Below, one piece after another: positions 1 through 8,942 of a stretch of 51,413 nucleotides of DNA. The translations under genes were made by a program, and so were the position numbers. The notes beneath the pieces were generated by a model. That model made no database searches, had not been told where the DNA came from, and saw nothing but the letters and a program-made list of their open reading frames with translations. Every line of letters starts with the position of its first letter. Position 1 is the first letter of the stretch. The DNA is taken from the IMG/VR virus record IMGVR_UViG_3300012096_000002, positions 1 to 51,413 of that record. One strand, written 5' to 3'. The DNA comes from a virus (Duplodnaviria; Caudoviricetes).

Positions 1-123
1 AGCTATCTTCGGTAAGAAAACAGCTTGATTTGACCTGTCGGCAAATCAGCAACGGCTGTTTTCTGATCGCAGATCGCAAGAGATGCGATCTAATGAAAGA
101 AAACAAGCCTTACAGCTTAAACT
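1..123. repeat. 123-bp terminal direct repeat (copy 1), most likely circular-assembly overlap
   Basis: Identical to 51291..51413; cuts through the 3' end of ORF 49879..51318. Confidence 0.95.
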
Positions 124-156
124 ACCTATTATACCCCCGCGTTAGGTAGTTTGAGG

Positions 157-196
157 GGAGGGTGGTATGGTCCTGTCAATATGCCACCCTCTTTTT
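157..196 (+). terminator. Intrinsic terminator-like hairpin
   Basis: gagggtggtat ... atgccaccctc followed by ttttt, just before GGAGG RBS of next gene. Confidence 0.6.
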
Positions 197-209
197 ATTG
201 GAGGTACCG

Positions 210-836
210 ATGGATATCTTAGCCATCAATGGCGCTGCTCTAATGTGGACTGCGTTTACCCCAGACATTGCAATACTTGAGCAAAGCCAATTTCAATTGG
301 TGTTCGTATGTGATGATCTGATGTGTAATGGAAAGAATTATGAAATCATAGCCGATTGCTCGGCCAATATTGCCAGAGCATTTACTATGAGGACATATAA
401 TTTCTATCGAAAGAATACCGATGAAACTCCAGTAGTCATGAACCCATCAGGTAAAATGGAGACTGGATGTTACAAAATCAAAGGAGAAATCCATTCTGTG
501 CTCTCTTCTGAGATGCCTAGACTTGACAGACACTACCAGAATGGAGTACAATTCAAGCGTTATAGGACTAAACTTCTGTACCCAACTAGAGCTACAGGTC
601 TGATTGAGAATAAATCTGTGGATGGCAGTACTTTGCCCCATACCTTGCAAGGTAAGAAGCGGTTCATACTTCCAGAACGTGTTGATATTTTAGAGGCGTG
701 GATGTATATTGGTCTACAATCCTATTGGGGTAGTCTATTAGATGGGGGATTTGCTTTTGAACGAGTACGATTAGTAGAACCTGAAAGAGTTAGAAATTGG
801 TTACCGAAATATTACCATTGGCAGAACAGACCTTAA
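210..836 (+). CDS. Gamma-glutamylcyclotransferase (AIG2-like) fold protein, degenerate
   Basis: LVFVCDDLM..KNY, IKGEIHSV, LDRHY, EAWMY follow the GGCT pattern FVYGTL..GEVY..LD.LE..AWVY; start moved to ATG 210 after GGAGG. Confidence 0.6.
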   Translation: MDILAINGAALMWTAFTPDIAILEQSQFQLVFVCDDLMCNGKNYEIIADCSANIARAFTMRTYNFYRKNTDETPVVMNPSGKMETGCYKIKGEIHSVLSSEMPRLDRHYQNGVQFKRYRTKLLYPTRATGLIENKSVDGSTLPHTLQGKKRFILPERVDILEAWMYIGLQSYWGSLLDGGFAFERVRLVEPERVRNWLPKYYHWQNRP

Positions 837-2371
837 CCCATCAACCATGCCCGGATTGTGGTTCATCAGATGCTTTAGCTAAGTATTCTGATGGACATAG
901 TTATTGTTTTAGTTGTCTAACTTATACTCCACCAGATGATAAATCAGAGGAGGAATTCAGTTATGAATACTTACCATGGCGTGGTATTGCTGCAACTACC
1001 TACAGATTCTACGATACGAAAACAAAAATCGGACAGTCTGGAAGGCCTATTAGCCTGGGTTTTCCATATTCAAATGGAAGCTATAAAATCAGGACTCTCG
1101 ATAAAAAGGGTTTCTATTCGCAAGGTGATATAAGCAAAGCTGGTTTGTTTGGTCGTAATAAGTTTGCGGCAAGTAGTCACACTTCCGTGACTATTACAGA
1201 GGGAGAACTAGATGCGCTTTCCTATTATCAAGTACTACGCAGTCCTGTCGTCAGTGTTCACAGCAGTGCTAGCGCTCAGCTGGATGTGGGGATCGATCGA
1301 TCCTGGGTTAACTCGTTCGAAAGAATTGTACTCGCATTTGATGGAGATGAAGCAGGACGCGAAGCAGCGGCTAAAGTCGCAAAGTTGTTTGATTACAACA
1401 AGGTTTTCATGGTGCGCTTCCCAGGCGGAGTTCGAAAAGACGCCAACGACTATCTACGAGCCGGTGAACGGGATGAACTGGCCACCCTCTGGTACAACGC
1501 GAAGAAGTTCCTCCCAGAAACCATAGTATCCTCATTCCCTGAATTCGAGAAGATCATCAGGGAAAAGCCAGAGAATGGAGTAGCATATCCATTCCCTACG
1601 TTGAACTTCATGACGTACGGCATCCGCACTGGTGAGTCTGTGTTAATCACAGCTCAAGAAGGTGTCGGTAAAACAGAGGTGATGCATGCAATCGAACATC
1701 AGCTCCTCACGGAGACAGAGGATCCTATCGGCGCTATCTTCATTGAAGAACCGAAGCGTCGACACCTACAAGCTATTGCTGGTATACATCTTGCTCGGCC
1801 TGCTCATCTGCCAGATAGCGGTGTCTCGGACGATGAAGTTATCCGGGCAGTACAAGACGTGGTTAGGGTGGATGAGCGCCTTCACATCTACTCTCATTTT
1901 GGATCAGACGATCCTGAGGTCATTCTCGATACCATTAGATTTCTGGTATCCGCACGTGGTTGCCGTTATATTCTTCTCGACCACATCACTATGGTTGTTA
2001 GTGGTCTCGGAGGCAAAGACGAAAGAACTACTCTCGATTATCTTTCGACGCGACTCGAAATGATGGTCAAAGAGTTAAACTTCGCTCTAATCATAGTGAG
2101 TCATGTCAATGATGATGGACTTACCCGAGGCTCCCGAAACATATCCAAGATTGCTGATATCAGGATCGATTTGTATCGGGACATCACTCATTCTGACCCC
2201 ATCCTCCGCCGTATTACCCGTATGGTTGTATCTAAAAACAGGTTCTGTGGACGTACTGGACCGGCAGGGGAATTACTATTCAATCCCGTTACCTATACTC
2301 TGACAGAGGATATGGGTTATGATGCCACACCAGCTAACGATAACAGCAGAGTTAAAACATTGGCGGCTTGA
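797..2371 (+). CDS. T7 gp4-like DNA primase-helicase
   Basis: Zn ribbon CPDCGSSDA..YCFSC, TOPRIM ITEGELDA/FDGD, Walker A AQEGVGKT, ILLDH, SKNRFCGRTG; exact start uncertain. Confidence 0.95.
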   Translation: MVTEILPLAEQTLTHQPCPDCGSSDALAKYSDGHSYCFSCLTYTPPDDKSEEEFSYEYLPWRGIAATTYRFYDTKTKIGQSGRPISLGFPYSNGSYKIRTLDKKGFYSQGDISKAGLFGRNKFAASSHTSVTITEGELDALSYYQVLRSPVVSVHSSASAQLDVGIDRSWVNSFERIVLAFDGDEAGREAAAKVAKLFDYNKVFMVRFPGGVRKDANDYLRAGERDELATLWYNAKKFLPETIVSSFPEFEKIIREKPENGVAYPFPTLNFMTYGIRTGESVLITAQEGVGKTEVMHAIEHQLLTETEDPIGAIFIEEPKRRHLQAIAGIHLARPAHLPDSGVSDDEVIRAVQDVVRVDERLHIYSHFGSDDPEVILDTIRFLVSARGCRYILLDHITMVVSGLGGKDERTTLDYLSTRLEMMVKELNFALIIVSHVNDDGLTRGSRNISKIADIRIDLYRDITHSDPILRRITRMVVSKNRFCGRTGPAGELLFNPVTYTLTEDMGYDATPANDNSRVKTLAA

Positions 2372-2579
2372 CGATGAACGCTACAATGTCGAGGGAATTG
2401 TTCACAACTCTACTTCTCCTAACTATAACGAAGGAGATATAATAGTCCTACTAAACTTTAAAACCATAACACACTATCCAGCATATTTAGTAGATCCGTT
2501 ACATATTGAAGAGCATTGGATAGTGAAAACTCAAACCAATAAATACTTTATCCTGTACAAAAGTCAGCAACAACCATGA
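2319..2579 (+). CDS. Hypothetical protein
   Basis: Fills gap between helicase and UNG, ATGA overlap with UNG; true start may be downstream. Confidence 0.6.
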   Translation: MMPHQLTITAELKHWRLDDERYNVEGIVHNSTSPNYNEGDIIVLLNFKTITHYPAYLVDPLHIEEHWIVKTQTNKYFILYKSQQQP

Positions 2580-3241
2580 TCTATCCTTGGAAACTCAACT
2601 ACTGGCAATCCGGTGAATGGCAGGTGTGCAATGAGAGGCTTAAAGATCTGGAGAAGGCTGGGATTACATACAACCCAAAAAGGCAAGAGTTGTTTGGATC
2701 TCTACGATTGCTATCTGTTGGAGCTGTCAAGGTTTGCATTATTGGGCAAGACCCGTACCCCCAGTCCCAGTATGCCACCGGAGTTGCCTTCTCCATCCCC
2801 GACAAAACCACCAGAGAAGATTTCCCTCCTACACTTAACACGATTTTCAAAGAATATTCCTCTGATCTCAAATACCCCATACCTAGTAACGGTTCACTCC
2901 TACGATGGACAGCCCAAGGCGTCCTTCTATGGAATGCCATCCCAACTTGCACCGCTGGTAAATCATTATCTCACAACTGGGACGAATACTCCCACCTCAC
3001 CAAAGAAATCATCCAAACCCTCTCGAAAAAAGGCATCGTCTTCGTCTTCCTCGGATCTATTGCCAAAAGATATTTGGAAGAAGTAGATTTAAATAATAAT
3101 AAGGTTATTACTACCTCACATCCATCGCCTCGGGCTAATAGATTTTCAAGAACTCCATTCGAAGGATCTAGATTATTCTCCACTATCAACGATAAGTTAG
3201 TATCTTTAGGTCTAACCACTATCAACTGGAGATTGGAATAA
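2576..3241 (+). CDS. ung: Uracil-DNA glycosylase, family 1
   Basis: IIGQDPY, GVAFS, FPPTL, QGVLLWN, SHPSP motifs. Confidence 0.92.
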   Translation: MIYPWKLNYWQSGEWQVCNERLKDLEKAGITYNPKRQELFGSLRLLSVGAVKVCIIGQDPYPQSQYATGVAFSIPDKTTREDFPPTLNTIFKEYSSDLKYPIPSNGSLLRWTAQGVLLWNAIPTCTAGKSLSHNWDEYSHLTKEIIQTLSKKGIVFVFLGSIAKRYLEEVDLNNNKVITTSHPSPRANRFSRTPFEGSRLFSTINDKLVSLGLTTINWRLE

Positions 3242-3417
3242 TGGGCAAGCACCATACAGTTATGAAATTGAAGCGTATCGAACGGGAAGTTACTGAAGTA
3301 ATCAAGCTTATCCAGAAGGATAAGGATGATATCTTCTGTGATGAGTCGGTACGTAACTTGTCATGGGTGGTATCCTACCTCAAGATGACTATCCAAATCC
3401 TAAGACCTAATGACTAA
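3241..3417 (+). CDS. Small hypothetical protein (58 aa, not in ORF track)
   Basis: TAATG coupling to ung; MGKHHTVMKLKRIEREV...RPND. Confidence 0.6.
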   Translation: MGKHHTVMKLKRIEREVTEVIKLIQKDKDDIFCDESVRNLSWVVSYLKMTIQILRPND

Positions 3418-3577
3418 ATCACTACGTATTAAAATTGTGCGGTAAATTTGGAGGGTAGTTTGCGGTATAGAAAATGGTAGAAATCTAGTGCAAGCATACT
3501 TTTCTGGTACTTTGGTACCACTCAACAGAAATAACGCATCCCAGGGCATTTAAACACCTATCTACAGGGAATGAAAT

Positions 3578-3895
3578 ATGCTCAATTTAGTAGTCAACAA
3601 CGATAAGGAGGAAGAACAGAGGCTACCACAGCCCTTATTGAAGTTGAAAGGTAAGGGACCTACTAATTGGGATTGGCTTAGCCCGATGTCTTCAGGGACA
3701 GAGTTCCTCTGTGCCCATAAACAATCCTCAACTTGGTTGTTGACTAACTTCACCCATGGAGGTAAGAAAGAAGGTTGTGTATTACTAATACCTACAGCTA
3801 CCATGAACAATCATACTACCTGGATCTGGGTTGATCCGGTAGAATTCTGTAAAGTATTTGATCTTAAAACTATATTAGAAGAACCTGATGACTAA
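3578..3895 (+). CDS. Hypothetical protein
   Basis: 105-aa ORF with AGGGA RBS, overlaps next gene. Confidence 0.7.
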   Translation: MLNLVVNNDKEEEQRLPQPLLKLKGKGPTNWDWLSPMSSGTEFLCAHKQSSTWLLTNFTHGGKKEGCVLLIPTATMNNHTTWIWVDPVEFCKVFDLKTILEEPDD

Positions 3896-4094
3896 CAATT
3901 TGCAAGCAAATAATGTAATTAATATACCTGAACATAGTACCTTCTGGACTATGAACTTGTTAAAGAAATCTATTAGACATATGAAATCTAAGAATACAGA
4001 AGGACAATACGACATTGCAATCATTAAAGAAGAGAACATACTTAGGTCGTTCTTTGATTTCATTTCGAAATCTGCCGACCAGATCGCTGCTTAA
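3888..4094 (+). CDS. Hypothetical protein ending in -IAA
   Basis: Coupled ORF in replication operon. Confidence 0.65.
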   Translation: MTNNLQANNVINIPEHSTFWTMNLLKKSIRHMKSKNTEGQYDIAIIKEENILRSFFDFISKSADQIAA

Positions 4095-4107
4095 CATAGG
4101 AGTTCGA

Positions 4108-4218
4108 ATGTATCCTCACAAGACTACTGAACTACTGATAGCCGGTGCAGCTATCGCTATCGTCATCATCGGCATCGCCTATGCCTATGCTTACTACCCC
4201 TTGGGTATAATCAACTAA
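4108..4218 (+). CDS. Small single-TM membrane protein
   Basis: AGGAG RBS then ATG 4108; hydrophobic LLIAGAAIAIVIIGIAYAY. Confidence 0.6.
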   Translation: MYPHKTTELLIAGAAIAIVIIGIAYAYAYYPLGIIN

Positions 4219-4227
4219 TACAGAGAT

Positions 4228-4264
4228 ACTCCGGTCAGAGTCTCCTCTCTCCTCTGACCGGAGT
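4228..4264. promoter_or_regulatory. 13-bp perfect inverted repeat upstream of DNA polymerase
   Basis: actccggtcagag / ctctgaccggagt. Confidence 0.6.
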
Positions 4265-4281
4265 TACTTTAGGATATACTA

Positions 4282-6252
4282 TTGAAGGTTGTAATTGATA
4301 TTGAAACTAATTCTTTAATCAATCCCACTAAGATTTGGGTAGTGGTTTGTAAAAATATTGAGACAAATACCTATCACATTTTCCGTAACATAACTGAGGA
4401 CAGAACTGAACATGAAAACCTTACTAGATATCTTGAACAACTACGGACTGAAGCCAATAGTCTACTCATTGGGCATAATCTTCTTGGCTTTGATCTGCCT
4501 GTCCTTAGTTCCGCAGTACAGCTTCATAGTAAAATACTTCCTACTCAATGTATTGACACATTAATAATTTCTAAACTGGTAGACTACCCTAGACAAGGTC
4601 ATAGTATTGAAAGCTATGGTCTAGAATTTAGTCTACCTAAGATCCACTTCAATAAGTTTACTGAATATTCTCAAGAGATGGAGGACTACTGTGTACGAGA
4701 TGTCAATATTTGTCACAGGATCTATAGCAAGTATCTTAAGTATATTAGTAATCCGAGACATCAAGACTCAATACGATTGGAGCATGAGTTCCAAATTGTT
4801 GTCAACAATCTTCATGATAATGGTTTTTGTTTCAATAGCGAGCGGGCTACTGCACTACTCGCCAAAGTAAAGCATGAACTGTCTATCTTAGACAAGGATA
4901 TCTTAGAAGCATTTCCTCCTAAGCTTAAGCTTATAAGAGAAGTAACTCCTAAGGAGACTAAGTATGGTACTATTAGTCTTACAAGTATTCCTAAGGATCT
5001 ACGTAATCATACTGAAGAACTTAGTATTGATAGCCCGTTCTCGTATTGTACGTGGCAGACCTTCAATCCAAGCAGTCATAAACAGATTATATCTGTTCTT
5101 AATCAAGCAAATTGGAGACCAGTAGACAAGACACAGACACATATAGATACTGAGAGAGAACTGAGTAAATTAAAGTATACTAGGAGGACTCCTGAGCTTG
5201 ACACAAGACTTCAGGAGTTGTATGCTAAGCATGAAGTAATGAAGAAGGCAGGGTGGAAAGTAAACGAGACTAATCTCGAAACACTTCCCCAGACTGCCCC
5301 CTTATCCGCTCGCACCCTAGCGAAGCGTATCCTCCTTGAGTCCAGACGCCGTACCTTAAGCGAATGGTTGGCTCTAGTCCAACCAGATGGTCGCATCCAT
5401 GGTAAGTTCTATGGTATAGGTGCCTGGACTCATCGTATGGCCCACCAAAATCCCAACACTGCTAATATACCGAACGAGTTTGATACCAACAACAACAAGA
5501 AACTATATGGTAAAGAACTCCGTTCATTATGGTGTGCAGCTAAGAACCGATTACTAGTCGGCGTGGATGCAGAAGGTATCCAGTTGCGCATCTTTGCTCA
5601 TTACATCAATGATCCCGAGTTCACTAGAGCTCTAGTTGAAGGCAAGAAGGAGAACGGCAGTGATCCTCACACCCTTAACCAAAAGATTCTTGGGTCGGTA
5701 TGCAAGTCACGCCAAGCTGCTAAACGGTTCATTTATGCCTTGTTACTCGGCGCAGGATCCGGAAAGCTTACTGAAATATTGGGATGTACATCAGAGGAAA
5801 TGTCTATCGCTCTCGAGCGTCTTATGGGTAGATACCAAGGCTTTGCACATCTCAAAACAAATGTCATACCAGCCGATGCTATACGAGGTTGGTTTTCAGG
5901 CTTGGATGGTAGAAAGATTAGGATACCTGGCGACACTATCTCCCAACGACGGCACCTTTGCATGTCTGGTTATCTGCAAAGTGGTGAAGCGATTGTAATG
6001 AAATTAGCCACTCTCAAATGGTGGCAAAGACTAGAGAGTTATGGTGCTAAACTTGTTAACCTTGTACACGATGAATGGCAAGTAGAATGTCCCAACAATA
6101 TGACCACGGCATTGCATATCGCAAACCTGATGGCGAACTCGTTATCGTCAGTTGGAGAGGAACTGATGATGAAGTGCCCCTTGTCAGGGAGTTACTGGAA
6201 CGACACCTCGAACGACTATACGATAGCCCCTAACTGGAGTAAAACACATTGA
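4282..6252 (+). CDS. polA: Family A DNA polymerase with 3'-5' exonuclease
   Basis: ExoI DIET, GHNLLGFD; motif A DAEGIQLR; motif B RQAAKRFIYALLLG; motif C VHDE. Confidence 0.97.
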   Translation: MKVVIDIETNSLINPTKIWVVVCKNIETNTYHIFRNITEDRTEHENLTRYLEQLRTEANSLLIGHNLLGFDLPVLSSAVQLHSKILPTQCIDTLIISKLVDYPRQGHSIESYGLEFSLPKIHFNKFTEYSQEMEDYCVRDVNICHRIYSKYLKYISNPRHQDSIRLEHEFQIVVNNLHDNGFCFNSERATALLAKVKHELSILDKDILEAFPPKLKLIREVTPKETKYGTISLTSIPKDLRNHTEELSIDSPFSYCTWQTFNPSSHKQIISVLNQANWRPVDKTQTHIDTERELSKLKYTRRTPELDTRLQELYAKHEVMKKAGWKVNETNLETLPQTAPLSARTLAKRILLESRRRTLSEWLALVQPDGRIHGKFYGIGAWTHRMAHQNPNTANIPNEFDTNNNKKLYGKELRSLWCAAKNRLLVGVDAEGIQLRIFAHYINDPEFTRALVEGKKENGSDPHTLNQKILGSVCKSRQAAKRFIYALLLGAGSGKLTEILGCTSEEMSIALERLMGRYQGFAHLKTNVIPADAIRGWFSGLDGRKIRIPGDTISQRRHLCMSGYLQSGEAIVMKLATLKWWQRLESYGAKLVNLVHDEWQVECPNNMTTALHIANLMANSLSSVGEELMMKCPLSGSYWNDTSNDYTIAPNWSKTH

Positions 6253-6385
6253 ATACTGAATTGATTGATGGTCTAGTTAAATACTTAGATGATCCTCTTC
6301 GAGATGAACCTGTTAAGTTAACCCAAGACGAGATTGATTTAATTATTGATGCTCTAGTCTTTTACAAGGAAATGAATATACTCTA

Positions 6386-6880
6386 ATGGTTAAATACGGT
6401 AAGACTGAAATAGTATACATTCAGGGTAAAGTATCTTGGTTTAGAAATAAGATGCCTAATCAATGGGATAAATACTCTGTACAAATACACCCCAATCCTA
6501 AAGACTTGGAAGTCATCCGAGACTTACAAGCTAGAGGTTTAAAGAATACTATTAAGAAGGATGATGATGGATATTTCACCACTTTTTCCAGACCAGTGAG
6601 TAAACAATACCAGAACCATAAGGTGCAGACCTTTGCTCCACCTACTGTGACTGATAAAGATGGTAACATCTATGAAGGTCAGGTAGGTAATGGTAGTGAT
6701 GCTACCCTTAAACTAGAAGTCTATGAACATGCTACTCCTGCCGGTGGTAAGGCTGTAGCTGCTCGGTGGACTGCAGCTAGGATAGATAACTTAGTACCTT
6801 ATGCAACTGAATTGGATGCCTTCCCTGAACAGAAGCAAGCTATCTCTGGATTAAAGGAACAACCCGAACAGTTGTTCTAA
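6386..6880 (+). CDS. Phage single-stranded DNA-binding protein (gp2.5-like)
   Basis: Follows polA; VGNGS motif; acidic tail ending in Phe (EQPEQLF). Confidence 0.7.
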   Translation: MVKYGKTEIVYIQGKVSWFRNKMPNQWDKYSVQIHPNPKDLEVIRDLQARGLKNTIKKDDDGYFTTFSRPVSKQYQNHKVQTFAPPTVTDKDGNIYEGQVGNGSDATLKLEVYEHATPAGGKAVAARWTAARIDNLVPYATELDAFPEQKQAISGLKEQPEQLF

Positions 6881-6884
6881 AGAA

Positions 6885-8368
6885 CGAAGACCTAGCAGAT
6901 CCCATATGCAGCAGGAAACCACGTGCTAGGCTTCGGAGGAGGGCAGGAAATCTGACACCGTACTAGTTCTCGGTACAAGTTCAGAAGAGCCCTCCTCTAT
7001 ATTTAATTCTACAGCATGAACCCTCCACGCTTTGGGAAAGCTTGCTAAGGAGTAAGCAACCCCACCCTCCCACAGGACTCAGGTACCTGGCTGTCGATGA
7101 CCTTGGGTATAGCCCAAGAGGAAATGAACCAATGTGTAGCTTGATTTCAACTAAGGGAAATCAAGCGCATCCCTATCTGGAATGTAACTGCTGGGGTGAC
7201 GCCCCTCAACTTCGTTAGCAAGAGACCGTGTCCAGTAGTCAGGGGTCCTGCTTCTGAATGAATGTACGGTGAGCAAGGCAGTGAGCGAAGGTAGCGAGCA
7301 CAACCACACATGTGTCTCATAAGCACAATGGTGGTAGATAGCACACAGACGTCGCGTATGCTGCAGGCATGGTGCATGTTCTGCATGGACCTCCTTTAAG
7401 GAGGGCGCGTATGAGGGTAAAGGACTTGTCTTCACTGACTAACGATCTGAAGCGAAGTAAGGTGGAAAAGAAGTCTACCACTCCCTGTTGGTTCGATTCC
7501 AACGTCCCATGCATTGGGAACTGGCGGCAATGGTGGCGTGCAGAAAGCGGAGCGAGTTGAGGTTCGATGCCTCTAGAGCTTGGGTAGCAGATAGCTCGGT
7601 GAGTACCCACGTAGTAGATTGATAGACAACTGAGGTACGCTAACAGTGTGAAACCTGTTAGGTGGGTTCGACTCCCACCCCATGAACGTAATGTAGTAGG
7701 ATCGTGATAAAAGCGAGACCCGACTAATTGAGCATTAAGGGTATCAGATACTTCTCAACCTCTGTGACCCCACTGTTTCCACTGTTCGAGCAAGCTGTCC
7801 CATGAACTCAGCCCAGACGACCCTGTGGAGCTGGTTGCGTAGACGCAGCATCATCTGACTGTGCACTGGATACTTACACCTCCAGGCTTTACGGAGCAGT
7901 ATGTACGAACCGGAAGGCTGATGATGTGGAGCACTGGCTATTTACCAGCTGGCTCAATAACTACTGTCCTACAGTGGACAGAGATGTGATCTACAGTCCG
8001 TTATGATGGTAGAAAGCAAGTATCCCTAGGTCGGGTTCCTAGTATTGAGCTTGTGACGGCCACAATCTGTTAGAGCATCAAGCCGCAGACTACTACGACT
8101 AGGTGCAACGCTGAAGTGTATAACCAAGCATGCACTGAATGGGTAGCTAAGACGTCCCAGCTGAGTCCAATTACATGGATGATACGGGATGCAAACCCGT
8201 CTAGCAAGTCCATAGAACTTCCTATTCGATGGCAGTCCCACGACGGTAAACTGCCTCTACAAGATCTGAAGGGAGTCTGAAGTGAATATCAGGTCCTCTC
8301 AACAGAAGCCTCGACCTCCTTAAAAACAATAACAGGCAGAGGTGGGCCGGGTTCGAGTCCACCTCTGT
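6885..8368 (+). ncRNA. Candidate large structured ncRNA (or RNA cluster) with multiple T-loop hairpins
   Basis: No credible ORF over ~1.5 kb; many hairpins; T-loop arms at 7487-7503, 7559-7573, 7661-7679; long-range pairs 7070-76/7822-28 and 7382-90/7504-13. Confidence 0.7.
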
Positions 8369-8388
8369 TACGAGAAAGGAGATGTGTC

Positions 8389-8682
8389 ATGAAGAAAGTT
8401 ATGCTGGTCGACCCGGATGATTTCTTCACCGGAGGTAGTCGATCTAAACGTGAAGTAATGACTGACGATTTGAAGATATACAAGAAGTGGAAGAAGTTCT
8501 TGAAAAAGGAAGAAGAAGACGCTAAGAAGAAAAAGGATGTCCCTACCAAATGGTGGGAGAAGAAGTCTGTTGCCGAGAGGACAGTTATTATTGCTATCCT
8601 CGGGCCACCATTCGGTATTCTATACGTCTATGGTTTGCTCCAGCTAGTTAAATTGATGGCTGAAACTATAGGAGTACACTGA
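8389..8682 (+). CDS. Hypothetical membrane protein
   Basis: AAGGAG RBS; charged N-terminus, C-terminal hydrophobic segment. Confidence 0.8.
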   Translation: MKKVMLVDPDDFFTGGSRSKREVMTDDLKIYKKWKKFLKKEEEDAKKKKDVPTKWWEKKSVAERTVIIAILGPPFGILYVYGLLQLVKLMAETIGVH

Positions 8683-8684
8683 TA

Positions 8685-8942
8685 ATGCCTGAATGGTATG
8701 AAATGATGGATGATCTTGATGGTCCTGAACAGGAGTGTCATGCACTCGATGCACACGTAACTAATTCACACAATGGAGGCAAGGTAACTTGCTATAAATG
8801 TAATGGTTTCATCCTATATAAGGATGTAGTTTCATATCTAGATCATCAACACAGAGATGAATTTCCTAGAGTACACTTCCACAAGGAATGCTACAATCCT
8901 TACGAACATTATTATGGATTAGATAAACCCAACCGTGACTGA
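8685..8942 (+). CDS. Hypothetical Zn-binding protein
   Basis: CYKC ... HFHKEC (LIM/PARP-finger-like spacing). Confidence 0.6.
   Translation: MPEWYEMMDDLDGPEQECHALDAHVTNSHNGGKVTCYKCNGFILYKDVVSYLDHQHRDEFPRVHFHKECYNPYEHYYGLDKPNRD

Noticed and set aside
1-123. Physical direct terminal repeat
   Set aside because: It interrupts a gene and lies mid-operon; better explained as assembler overlap of a circular contig
7087-7130. Hammerhead ribozyme (tcGATGA-stem-GAAA) and CTGATGA at 7918
   Set aside because: Core deviates from CUGANGA and no stem III/UH partner found; the second copy lacks a stem II-GAAA
7580-7690. Canonical tRNA or tmRNA gene
   Set aside because: T-arm present but no matching acceptor stem, anticodon arm or CCA end; no tag reading frame found
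7855-8100. Group I or II intron core (gactgtg/tacagtc, cagacta)
   Set aside because: P7-like pieces are not in a consistent order, no domain V, and no interrupted gene
7147-8241. Track ORFs 7147..7386, 7151..7435, 7317..7610, 7369..7560, 8026..8241
   Set aside because: No RBS, atypical composition, mostly antisense to the operon; chance ORFs in GC-richer structured sequence
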